NCBI GenBank assembly: GCA_964016885.1
Contig: OZ024741.1
Location: forward strand, 263,624,001-263,688,000
Length of the DNA: 64,000 bases
Direction: 5' to 3'
Source of the DNA: Eledone cirrhosa
Taxonomy: Eukaryota
Shown here one piece after another: positions 27,421 to 39,052 of the stretch. Within the stretch, counting starts at the first letter, position 1; the number at the start of each line of letters is the position of its first letter. The position numbers and the translations under genes are program-made. A model generated the notes under the pieces. It was not told the DNA's origin. It saw only the letters and a program-made list of their open reading frames with translations, and searched no databases.

Positions 27421-27425
<5 letters not shown>
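25490..27425 (-). mobile_element. Degenerate Penelope-like element: 3' coding remnant, long 3' region, HHR-bearing pLTR, inverted pLTR piece at the 5' junction
   Basis: ORF 27033-27338 ends CDLCAEEIFFIL..LNLRTNLFSCCRH, like the PLE at 31.3 kb. HHR at 25532-25597. 27341-27425 matches 18697-18785. Confidence 0.7.
25532..25597 (-). ncRNA. Type I hammerhead ribozyme in PLE pLTR
   Basis: Minus strand: TATTTTGT-CTGAAGA-AGG..ATACCATAT/ATATGATAT..CCT-GAAA-TATATA-TA-ATGAAATA. Stem I is kept through G-U pairs. Confidence 0.72.
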
Positions 27426-27463
<38 letters not shown>

Positions 27464-27638
27464 ATATATATATATATATGTGTATATATATATGTGTGTG
27501 TGTATATATATATATATGTGTGTGTATATATATATATATGTGTGTGTATATATATATATGTGTGTGTATATATATATATATGTGTGTGTATATATATATA
27601 TATGTGTGTATATATATATATATGTGTATATATATATA

Positions 27639-27685
<47 letters not shown>

Positions 27686-29701
27686 ATATATATGGTTGTT
27701 TATGAAAAGGCATATATAGAAGTGTCAGACATCAACTTAATGAGCACACGATACACAGGTGCAGAATGATATTTATTTTCCAGGCAAAATGAACATCTCC
27801 AAAAATGTGATGTTTGCAAAATAAAGTGTCTGAATTCAAAGGTTCACATATGGTGCCTCTTTTGTAAATAGTGCGGTCTTGGCAGGCTATTACTTAATTA
27901 GCAGTGGCACTAACACAGCGTGGTTCACAATAGAGCCGTATGTTGTGTATAACACACAACAAACTTACAATATAGAATTGTTTTCTGTGGTAGGGTGTTT
28001 TTCTTGAAATAGTCGTCCACTCTCCATAAGTACCAAGGATGGTTTGGAATGTGTGTTGTGTATGGGTTGGTGTTGTTTCTAGAATGTGCTTCTATGAATG
28101 TGTATTGTTTCCAGATTTGTTCTTGAAATGTGTGTGTGATTTCCAGGATGTTGTTTCTAGTGTGTGTATGGGTGGTCCTCAGGATGTTGTTTGAAGTGTG
28201 TATATGTTGGTGTTTTCCAGATCTCTCCCCCCCCCTCTCTCTCTCTCTCTGTGCATGTGTAGTTTCCAGTATGTGATTGTATGATTGTGTATTTTTTCCA
28301 GACTTACATGTGTAAATAAATATATTGTTCTTGGTTGTGTGTGTGTGTGTGTGTGTGTGAGAGGGAGGATTTGCCGTAATCATCAGAAAGTGTCTATTTT
28401 CCTGATTCTACACTCTTGTTTTTCAGAACACCCCCATCCTCCCTCTCTCGTGTTATTGTATGCCAGCCACACACAGTGTGTTTGTTTCTGTCTTAGATTG
28501 TGTGTGGGTGTGTGTAGTTTTGTCAAAACGCAGAAAGTGTGTAATAGTTTCCAGCGTGTGTGTTAGTATAGTTTCTACAGACATTGTCTGTGTGGAAGTC
28601 ACATATTTTTGCAAAAACGAATACATAACCCATTGTTTTACAGACGGAATAAGAAATATTCGGTTTTTTTTTTTTCCAAAAAATTCTAACAAAACTGTGT
28701 TTGTAGATTGTGTATGTGTACTCTCTCGCTCTCTCTCTCTCTCTTGCTCTCTATCTCTCTCTCTCTCTGTATGTGTATATATATATGTGTGTGCGAGTGT
28801 ATATATATCTGTGTATATAATGCACACATTCATATACTACTTATAACGTTATTAGAACTCAATGTAGAGTGGATATGAATATGTCATCGATGCAAAGTGA
28901 AGTTAATGTGGAAAATATATTCTTTGAATAATGGGGGAAAAGACGAGGTTTAGAGCTGAATTAATCCATTGTTTTACGGTCATTTCAAAGGGCAAAACTC
29001 GTCAGGATATTATCGATATATTGACTAATTATGTAACTCCATAGAATTAGCCTCGATAAAATCCATCCATTCCGCCATTCATCCCCAGAAACAATAGTTC
29101 AAGAAGTTTTATTATATATATATATATATATATGGTGAAAAGAAAACGGTAGATTGTATCCGTAATAAGTATAGCAGTCAGTGCAGAGGACGAGTTCGGT
29201 ATAGAGTTAGTTCCACAAGTTGGCAAACCATACGCGAGGACGCGCGTTTCACTGACTGGATTTTCAACCCGTGTATAGCTGCGTCCTCGAGTATGATTTG
29301 CTAATTTGTTGTGAATCTCTCTCTATCTCTTTGTCTTTCTCCCCCCCCCCCCTCTCGCTTATAGCAAGCTATACGTTCAGATTATATCCAGCCCTTTATA
29401 AATATCGCATGTTGTAAATACGAATTAGCCACCCAGAGAGGACAGACACTATACGTTAAGTAGAAAAATGCTCCGACACGCACACACACGCTCTCTCTTT
29501 CTTTCTCTCTGGAAAATGAAGGAAATTCCATAGCAGTGTAAGATATATTTGAAGAAGTGTAAATCAAAATAGGGCACATGTCACTATATTTGATATGATA
29601 TGAAAATGTGATTGAGTGAGAATGATATTGGAGGTGTTGTGATGTTAGAGTTGAATGGCCTAAATAACCATTGATGAAGAAGCAAGGTTAAAGTGATAAA
29701 G

Positions 29702-29781
29702 TATTAGGTCCTTAAGTATGAAATGTCCAATTTCCTTAATCACTTTCAATTTGAAATCGGACATTTCATACTTAATAACCT
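29702..29781. mobile_element. About 80-bp mariner-like mini-MITE
   Basis: TATTAGGT..TAAGTATGAAATGTCC ... GGACATTTCATACTTA..ACCT inverted arms with a short spacer. Confidence 0.6.
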
Positions 29782-29969
29782 TATCTAAACCGTTTATTGT
29801 TCTTTGGTGAAGAAACATAAATGAAATTGAGATGTGTGTATGAGAGAGAGAATGAGAGAAACCCCTTCAAAAATGTATACACACTTCAACTGTTGAAATA
29901 GCTCAGTACCTCTGAAATATGTATAATAAAATATATTTGATCAGATGAATGTCTATATTTATTAATATT

Positions 29970-29973
<4 letters not shown>

Positions 29974-30017
<44 letters not shown>

Positions 30018-30232
30018 GTATATATATATGTATATATATTTATATATGTATATTTATTTATATATATATGTATATATATTTATATATGTATATATATTTA
30101 TATATGTATATATATTTATATATGTATATATATTTATATATGTATATATATTTATATATGTATATATATTTATATATGTATATATATTTATATATATATG
30201 TATATTTATTTATATATATATGTATATTTATT

Positions 30233-30285
<53 letters not shown>

Positions 30286-30626
30286 TTATATATATATATT
30301 TATATATATATATTTATTTATATATATATATATTTATATATATATATATTTATATATATATATATATATTTATATATTTATATATAATGTAGGAGGTGAG
30401 TTTTATTGTAGTACAATAAAGCAATGCAGATATCGGATAAGAAGCACTCTACAGTTTGTAGGACTGGAGTATACATAATATATAAGAACAAAAGATGGTT
30501 AAAGGAGTTCCATGTATTTTATTATGCGCATTATATATTATATTTATATATTTATGCGCATTATATATTATATTTATATATATATATACATATATATTTA
30601 TATTTATATATATATTTATATATATT

Positions 30627-30661
<35 letters not shown>

Positions 30662-30898
30662 TTATATATATTTATATATATATATTTATATATATATATT
30701 TATATTTATATATATATATTTATATATATTTATATATATTTATATTTATATATATATATTTATATATATTTATTTATATTTATATATATATATTTATATA
30801 TATATATATTTATATATATATATATTTATATATATTTATTTATATTTATATATATATATTTATATATATATTTATTTATATATATATATATTTATATT

Positions 30899-30932
<34 letters not shown>

Positions 30933-31035
30933 TATATTTATATATTTATATTTATATATATATATTTATATTTATATATATATATTTATATTTATATATA
31001 TATATTTATATATATATTTATATATATATATTTAT
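29974..31035. repeat. Long interrupted (TA)n tract. Similar tracts at 27.4-27.7, 32.3-32.5, 33.8-34.5, 34.9-35.3, 35.7-36.0, 38.9-39.05, 43.9-44.8, 45.9-46.1, 47.3-48.4, 52.0-52.4, 56.5-56.75, 60.45-61.3 and 61.6-63.0 kb
   Basis: Direct inspection. These are the source of all the YIYI ORFs. Confidence 0.97.
30386..30532 (-). mobile_element. Truncated copy of the 34.5-34.9 kb HHR element
   Basis: Reverse complement of about 34760-34905. It stops at the ATGCGCAT stem III palindrome. Confidence 0.8.
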
Positions 31036-32270
31036 TAAAATAACAGATTAAAGTTTAAGCAAAGAGTCGCTGCTTTCACCCTTAACGGGATCTTCTGAAA
31101 CTAACAAAGTCAATCTGTAAATGCAGAACTGGATATTTCAAAAAACGTTGCAACCGGAGGAAGACAGGAAGACGATACTTTGGTTCGTGGTAACGTTCGC
31201 TATGCAAATAAGTAAAGGAATAAACAAAACATATACTTAGCTCCCACATCAAGACGTAAAATATCCACGTATAGATCGTGCTATCCGTTAGGGTATAACG
31301 TGGGGCTGTAATACAGGAAAGTTTTGTGCAATTTATGTGTACAAGCCGAAATTGCCTCAGATTTTTTGTTTAAGATGTGGTCTGTAGCGTAGAGTATTTC
31401 CAGGGCCTCAGCGGCGCAGAGGTCACATGGTCTTTTATTTCCGTTATACGATCTAGCCCTAGCTAGGATCTCCCAGTGTAACTTATATTGGGTGTGGTTG
31501 TCTTTTAGACTCCAGATATAAGCTGAAAGTGACGTCATATTCCTTCTTAGAGGGTAACGAAAAGAATGGGTATGCATGTAAAGACGCTGCTTGAAACTAT
31601 TGGCGGTTAACCCTATGTAGGCCCTACGGGACGTGGGTGTTACAACCTTACATTTGTAGACAATGTTACTAGAGAGGCATTTCCCGGATAGGGGGCAATC
31701 AGCCCGATTCCTACAATTACAGTTGGTACTAACTACAGGGTTGCACGTGTTCCTACGGCTAGGTAGTTTAGCTAAATTTGAAGCTGTGATGTTATGTGCA
31801 AGGTTAGGAGTCGTAGAGTAAGAAATTTTAATAGTATTTCTATTAAAAATTTTACTATATTTATGTGTAGGGGGAAAATGCTTCGTAATAAGGGAAAGAA
31901 AGATCTTAGCTAATGGTGTGGCCACCTCCATATTATATGGTGGGTTAAACCAACAAATGCGACAGGATCTATTTCTTCTAGGTCTATTTTCGTACTCTGT
32001 ATATGCTACCTTATCGACAAATCCACTTCGAGCAAGAGCTTCATTGTAATAAGTGGAATGGTCGTTGAAAATGCGCTCGTTGGTGGAAAGACGGGAAAGC
32101 CTCAACGAAACGTTTCTTACCAGGTTCTTGGTTATGCTGGCAGGATTGCTTAAACTTTAATCTGTTATTTTAATAAATATTTGCTCTACGGTTCTTATAT
32201 ATTTGATATATATTTTCCTTATCGAGCCCTCTTTGGATTTTAGTCTTCAATTTTATTATTATTACTATTT
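31030..32270 (-). mobile_element. 5'-truncated Penelope-like element (linker plus GIY-YIG endonuclease) with inverted pLTR piece
   Basis: ORF 31281-32105: WFNPPYN, CNCRNRADCPLSGKC, IVYKC..AYIGLTANSFKQR, CDLCAAE..LNKKSE..CTH. 31031-31062 recurs inverted at about 32147-32180. Confidence 0.9.
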
Positions 32271-32295
32271 ATATATATATATATATATATATGTT

Positions 32296-32421
<126 letters not shown>

Positions 32422-32493
32422 TATATATATATATATATATGTTTATATATATATATATATATATTTATATATTTTTATATATTTATATATATA

Positions 32494-33834
32494 TACGCAG
32501 ATGATCTAACGCTCATAGCTGAATCAATGGCCGAGCTAGAGAAGAAATTCCAAACATGGAAGCACGGCCTAGAATCAAAAGGCCTTAAAATTAACCTGGC
32601 TAAGACTAAAGTTCTAGTTTGTAAGAAAGAAAATAAGGCGGCGGTCCCCTCCGGGAAGTGGCCATGCGCAGAGTGTAGGAAAGGCGTAGGTAGAAACTCG
32701 ATTTTGTGTCCCAAATGCAAAGTTTGGGTGCATAAAAGATGTAGTGGGATCACAGGTAAGCTAACTAAGAACATAGATTTTACATGTGGCCGGTGTTCTG
32801 GCGCAATAAGTAGCAGCAAGTGCCCACAAAATACTAGCTCTTTCAGCTGCGCAGAGGGTTTTATAGAAATAGTGGACAGCTTCCGTTACCTGGGTGACAA
32901 AATCAGCAGTGGGGGAGGGTGCTCTGAAAGTACAGTAGCTAGAGTCAGAACTGGGTGGAAAAAGTTCAGAGAGCTTATACCACTATTAGCCGCTAAAGGG
33001 TTCTCCCTAAAAATGAAAGGCAGGTTGTACGATGCCTGCATACGAACAGCAATGTTGCATGGCAGTGAGACCTGGGCATTGTGTGCAGAAGATATACGCA
33101 GACTAGAGAGAAACGAAGCTTGCATGCTCCGCTGGATGTTTAATAGTAATATACGTGAACGACAAAGCATAAACAAACTAAGAAAAAAATTAGAAATAAG
33201 AGGGATCAGATGTTGTCTACTCGAGAGAAGGCTACGTTGGTATGGTCGCGTGATGCGCATGAAGGACGATAGCTGTATAACAAAGTGCAGGGCAATAAAG
33301 ATAGACGGTAGCCACGGAATAGGCAGACCCAGAAAAACCTGGGACGAGCTGATAAACTCCGACCTCACACACTTACACCTCACCAAGACAATGTTACTGG
33401 ACCGAGACCTTTGGCGGTACTCAGTAATAGAGAAGACCCGCCTTACCTAAATACAAAGTAAAACCTACTACAGCCAGTAGGCATCTCTAACAAAATACAC
33501 CCCCGTCCCACCACCCCCACCCCATCTACACTGCCCCCTTCTATGTAAAGTTATGTTGGTGCCACACCATCCAGGCCGAAACAAATGAGATCGTGTAGGT
33601 GTCACGACAAAAAAAAACACACAGTCCACGCTGTAATGTGGCCGTGTAGGCAACACGGTAAAAACCTCCCAGACCCACACTGTAAATGTGGTTGGTGTTA
33701 GGAAGGGCATCTAACTGTAGAAAACCTGCCAGACAGTCCTATGCGAGCAAGACAATCACTCTTGCCTCAAGTGGGAAAACCCCCGTCCAAACCTATGCAA
33801 GCGTGGAACACGGACGTTAAACGTTGATGATGAT
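32494..33834 (+). mobile_element. RTE LINE family A, 5'-truncated at YADD
   Basis: [11 protein letters not shown]...PHD-like Cys cluster...VDSFRYLG...LRWYG...GRPRKTW, 3' UTR and (GAT)n tail, flanked by (TA)n. Confidence 0.95.
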
Positions 33835-33897
33835 ATATATATATTTATATATATATTTATATATATTTATATATATATTTATATATATTTATATATA

Positions 33898-33942
<45 letters not shown>

Positions 33943-34051
33943 TTATATATATATTTATATATATATTTATATATATATATATTTATATATATATTTATAT
34001 ATATATTTATATATATATATATTTATATATATATATTTATATATATATTTA

Positions 34052-34108
<57 letters not shown>

Positions 34109-34168
34109 TTATATATATATTATATATATATATATATTTATATATATATTTATATATATTTATATTTA

Positions 34169-34201
<33 letters not shown>

Positions 34202-34218
34202 ATATATTTATATTTATA

Positions 34219-34275
<57 letters not shown>

Positions 34276-34380
34276 TTATTTATATATATATATATTTATA
34301 TATATATTTATATATATTTATATATATATTTATATATATATATATTTATATATATATTTATATATATTTATATATATATT

Positions 34381-34413
<33 letters not shown>

Positions 34414-34475
34414 TTATATATATTTATATATTTATATATTTATATATATATATATTTATATATATATATATATAT

Positions 34476-34905
34476 ATAATATAAGATCAAAAGATGGTTA
34501 AAGGAGTTCAGTATATATTATTATGCGCATTTCAAAAACAAACATCATCAAACAATAATATTTGTGTTTTCAGATAAAACAGGAGAACATGATATGAAGG
34601 CTAAAAAAACACTTGTTGATAGTGCAGTTTTAAATCAACATATCATATGTTGATTTAAAACTGCACTATCAACAAGTGTTTTTTTAGCCTTCATATCATG
34701 TTCTCCTGTTTTATCTGATGAAAACACAAATATTATTGTTTGATGATGTTTGTTTTTGAAATGCGCATAATAATATATATTGAACTCCTTTAACCATCTT
34801 TTGATCTTATATTATGCATACTCCAGTCCCACAAACTGTAGAGTGCTTCTTATCCGATATCTGCATTGCTTTATTGTACTACAATAAAACTCACCTCCTA
34901 CATTA
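34476..34905. mobile_element. Second palindromic hammerhead-bearing non-coding element
   Basis: About 170-bp arms at 34476-34815 centred on a single C (34644). The right arm extends to about 34905. (TA)n on both sides. Confidence 0.82.
34707..34777 (+). ncRNA. Type I hammerhead ribozyme
   Basis: TGTTTTAT-CTGATGA (34715-34721)-long AU-rich stem II-GAAA (34758-34761)-TGCGCA-TA-ATAATATA, with palindromic stem III ATGCGCAT. Confidence 0.78.
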
Positions 34906-35101
34906 TATTTATATATATATATTTATATATATATATTTATATATATATATATTTATATATATATATTTATATATATATATTTATATATATATATTTATAT
35001 ATATTTATATATATATATTTATATATATATATTTATATATATATATTTATATATATATTTATATATATATTTATATATATATATTTATATATATATATAT
35101 T

Positions 35102-35136
<35 letters not shown>

Positions 35137-35229
35137 ATTTATATATATATATTTATATATTTATATTTATATATTTATATATATATATATTTATATATTT
35201 ATATATATATATATTTATATTTATATATT

Positions 35230-35260
<31 letters not shown>

Positions 35261-35340
35261 ATTTATATATATATATATTTATATATATATATATTTATAT
35301 TTATATATATTTATATATATATATTTATATATATATATAT

Positions 35341-35678
35341 ATCATCATCATTTCATTTTATGTCCGCTTTTCCCTGCTTGCAAGGGTGGGACGGGAACTG
35401 ATTCTGGCTTGATTTCTACAGCTGGATGCCCTTCCTAACACCAACCTCATTTACAGTGAGTGCTGGGTGCTTTTTTGCCGTGGCACCTCCACGACCACTT
35501 TGCAGTGGAATGATATGGACCTCAGTCCCTATCATCTCATTTCTACAGCTGAGTAAACTGGAGCAATGTGAAATAAAGTGTCTTGCTCAAGGAAACAACA
35601 CATCACCCGGTCTGAGAATTGAACTCACAACCTTTCGATTGCAAGGCCAATGCTCTAACCACTAAGCCATGTGCCTCC
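35341..35678 (-). mobile_element. Full-length SINE family 2 in (TA)n
   Basis: Near-identical to 17988-18332. Confidence 0.92.
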
Positions 35679-35703
35679 ATATATATTTATATATATATAT
35701 ATT

Positions 35704-35737
<34 letters not shown>

Positions 35738-35964
35738 TATATATTTATATATATATATTTATATATATTTATATATATATATTTATTTATATATATTTAT
35801 ATATATATATTTATGTATATATATTTATATATATATATTTATATTTATATATTTATATATATATATTTATATTTATATATTTATATTTATATATATATAT
35901 TTATATATATATATTTATATATATATATTTATATATATATATTTATATATATATATTTATATAT

Positions 35965-38908
35965 GACAAGGACTTCCTAATCATTGCAGGAGATTTTAAC
36001 GGACACGTAGGTAAACACTGCGACGGCTTCAATAGAGTACAAGGAGGCCATGGAGTTGGCACAAGGAATGAGGAAGGATTCAGACTTCTAGAATTCTGCG
36101 ACGCCAATGACATGTCGATATGTAACACAAACTTTAAAAAACCCGACAACCACCTGATCACCTATAGATCAGGGGAGCACTCTAGTCAGTTAGATTTTAT
36201 CCTCATCAGAGGACGTGACAGATGGACGGTCGTAAACACAAAAGCCTTCCCTAGTGAGGAATGTACATCCCAACATAGCTTAGTTGTCAGCGACCTCACG
36301 GTCAGAACTAGACGAGCCCTGAAACAGAGGCCAACCTGGAGAAGAAAGATCTGGAAGCTGAAAGTCCCCTCAACCAGTAACAGATTTAAAGATATTTTAC
36401 TCAACGCCTACGACAGTAAAGAAGAACAGATAGACATTTAACGTAGAAGAGAACTGGGAGTTCCTAAAAAATAACTTACTAGAGGCGACGGATGAGGTTT
36501 GTGGCTGGAGTAAGACCTCAAGCAGGAGGAGAGTGACTTGGTGGTGGAACAATAAGGTAGATGAAGCAGTCAAGGCCAAGAGACAGGCATGGAAAGAATG
36601 GAAGAATGGGGGGAGCAGGGTACATTACATAGAGACCAAGAGGGAAGCTAGGCGACAAGTATACTTAGCTAGGAGGGAAGCAGAGGATAGAAAATTCAAG
36701 CATGTTTTACAACGTGAGGACCAGAAACAGGAGGTATTCAAGATTGCGAGGCAGTGTGTCAGAGATAGTTGTGATGTCATTGGAGAGAAGTGTATCCGGA
36801 ATGATAAAGGTGAGCTTGCCCTCACAAGTGCTGAGAAGAAAGATGCATGGAAGAGTCATTATGATAGATTACTAAATGAGGAGAATGCATGGGAAGAAGA
36901 GACCCTACCCCACGTAGACCCTATAGAGGGACCAGCAGTACAAGTCAGCGGCAGCGTAGTAAGTAAGGCAATCAGAGATATGAAGATAGGGAAGGCAACC
37001 GGTCCATCGGGTATAGCTGCCGAGATGCTGAAGGCATCTGGGTCTGTAGGTCACACTATAACCACACGTATCGTTAACCAGGTAATACTAGAGGGGGCCA
37101 TACCAAAAGATTGGTGCAGTAGCATCATTGTCAACTGCTACAAAGGTAAAGGCGATGCACTAGATAGAGGAAACTATAGAGGTATAAAGTTGATGGACCA
37201 GGTCATGAAAGTAACAGAAAGAGTTATAGCACAGCTGATTAGGGACCGGGTGAATATAGACGAGATGCAATTTGGGTTTGTACCAGGGAAAGGCACCACT
37301 GATGCGCTCTTCCTTGTGAGGCAATTACAGGAAAAGTACCTAGCTAAAAGTAAGCCACTCTACTTGGCATTTGTCGACCTTGAGAAAGCCTTTGACAGAG
37401 TTCCACGTGCAGTAATCTGGTGGGCTCTTAGAAAACTAGGAGTAGATGAATGGCTTGTGAAAGCGGTACAAGCCATGTATAGGGGAGCAGTCAGCAAAGT
37501 TAGGATTGGCAATGAGTATAGCGAGGAATTTAGCGTACAGGTTGGGGTCCACCAGGGCTCTGTTCTTAGCCCTCTCCTGTTCATCATAGTCCTGCAGGCA
37601 ATAACGGTGGAGTTTAAGACCGGATGCCCATGGGAACTCCTGTATGCTGATGACCTCGCACTCATAGCTGAATCTATGGTAGAACTAGAGAATAAATTCC
37701 AAACCTGGAAGCAGGGACTAGAGAGAAAGGGCCTCAAAGTCAACATGACAAAGACTAAGGTCCTTGTAAGTAGACGAGAAAACAGAACCCAGATCCCCTC
37801 AGGGAAATGGCCTTGCTCAGTATGTAGGAAAGGTGTAGGTAGGAACTCCATTCTTTGCCCCAAATGCAAACAATGGGTACACAAGAGATGTAGCGGGATC
37901 TCAGGAAGCTTAATTAAGAATGTAGGATTCACATGCAGCAGCTGTGCTGAAACAGCAAGCAAACAGCCACAGGAAACAAGTACCACCAATCTCTGGGAGG
38001 GCCCTGTAGAAACAGTAGACAGCTTCTGCTACCTAGGTGACCGAATTAGCAACGGAGGTGGGTGCTCAGAAAGTACAATAACTAGGGTAAGAACGGGATG
38101 GAAGAAGTTTAGGGAACTACTACCACTGCTAGCTGCAAAAGGCTTCTCCCTCAGAATGAAAGGCAGACTGTATGATGCGTGTATCCGAACAGCGATGTTG
38201 CATGGTAGTGAGACCTGGGCGCTGAAGGTGGAAGACTTACGTAGATTAGAGAGAAACGAAGCCTGCATGCTCCGATGGATGTGTAACAGTAATATACGTG
38301 AACGACAAAGCATAAATGAATTGAGAGAGAGACTGAGCATAAGAGGAATCAAATGCTGCGTGCAGGAGAGGCGGTTACGCTGGTATGGACATGTGATGCG
38401 TATGAAGGATGACAGCTGCATAAAAAGGTGCAGAGCACTAGAAGTTGATGGAAACCGCGGAGTGGGGAGACCCAAGATGACTTGGGATGAGGTGATAAAA
38501 GCCGACCTTACCCAACTACACCTCTCAAAGTCAATGACACACGACCGTGACTTCTGGCGTCACACAGTAATACAGGGTACCCGACCTCCCATGGGTACAT
38601 GCTGAAGCATATAAACAATATGCCCCCCCCCCCCCCCACCGCAAGGTGGTCGTGGAGGTGCCACGGCAAAAAAGCACCCAGCCCACACTGTAAAGTGGAC
38701 GTGTAGGCGCCACGAAAAAGCACCCAGCACTCACTGTAAATGAGGTTGGTGTTAGGAAGGGCATCCAGCTGTAGAAATCAAGCCAGATCAGTTCCTGTAT
38801 GAGCAAGGCATGGTCAGCCGACCAGACACTGCCCACAACAGGACAACCCGTCTAACCCATGCTAGCGTGGAAGAACGGACGTAAAACGGTGATGATGATG
38901 ATGATGAT
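35965..38908 (+). mobile_element. RTE LINE family B, 5'-truncated within APE; one frameshift near 36440, RT frame otherwise open
   Basis: IAGDFNGHVG and SQH APE motifs. ORF 36533-38605 has [36 protein letters not shown] and GRPKMTW. (GAT)n tail. Confidence 0.95.
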
Positions 38909-38959
38909 ATATATATTTATATATATATATTTATATATATATATTTATATATATATATT

Positions 38960-38992
<33 letters not shown>

Positions 38993-39019
38993 ATTTATAT
39001 ATATATATATTTATATATT

Positions 39020-39050
<31 letters not shown>

Positions 39051-39052
39051 TT

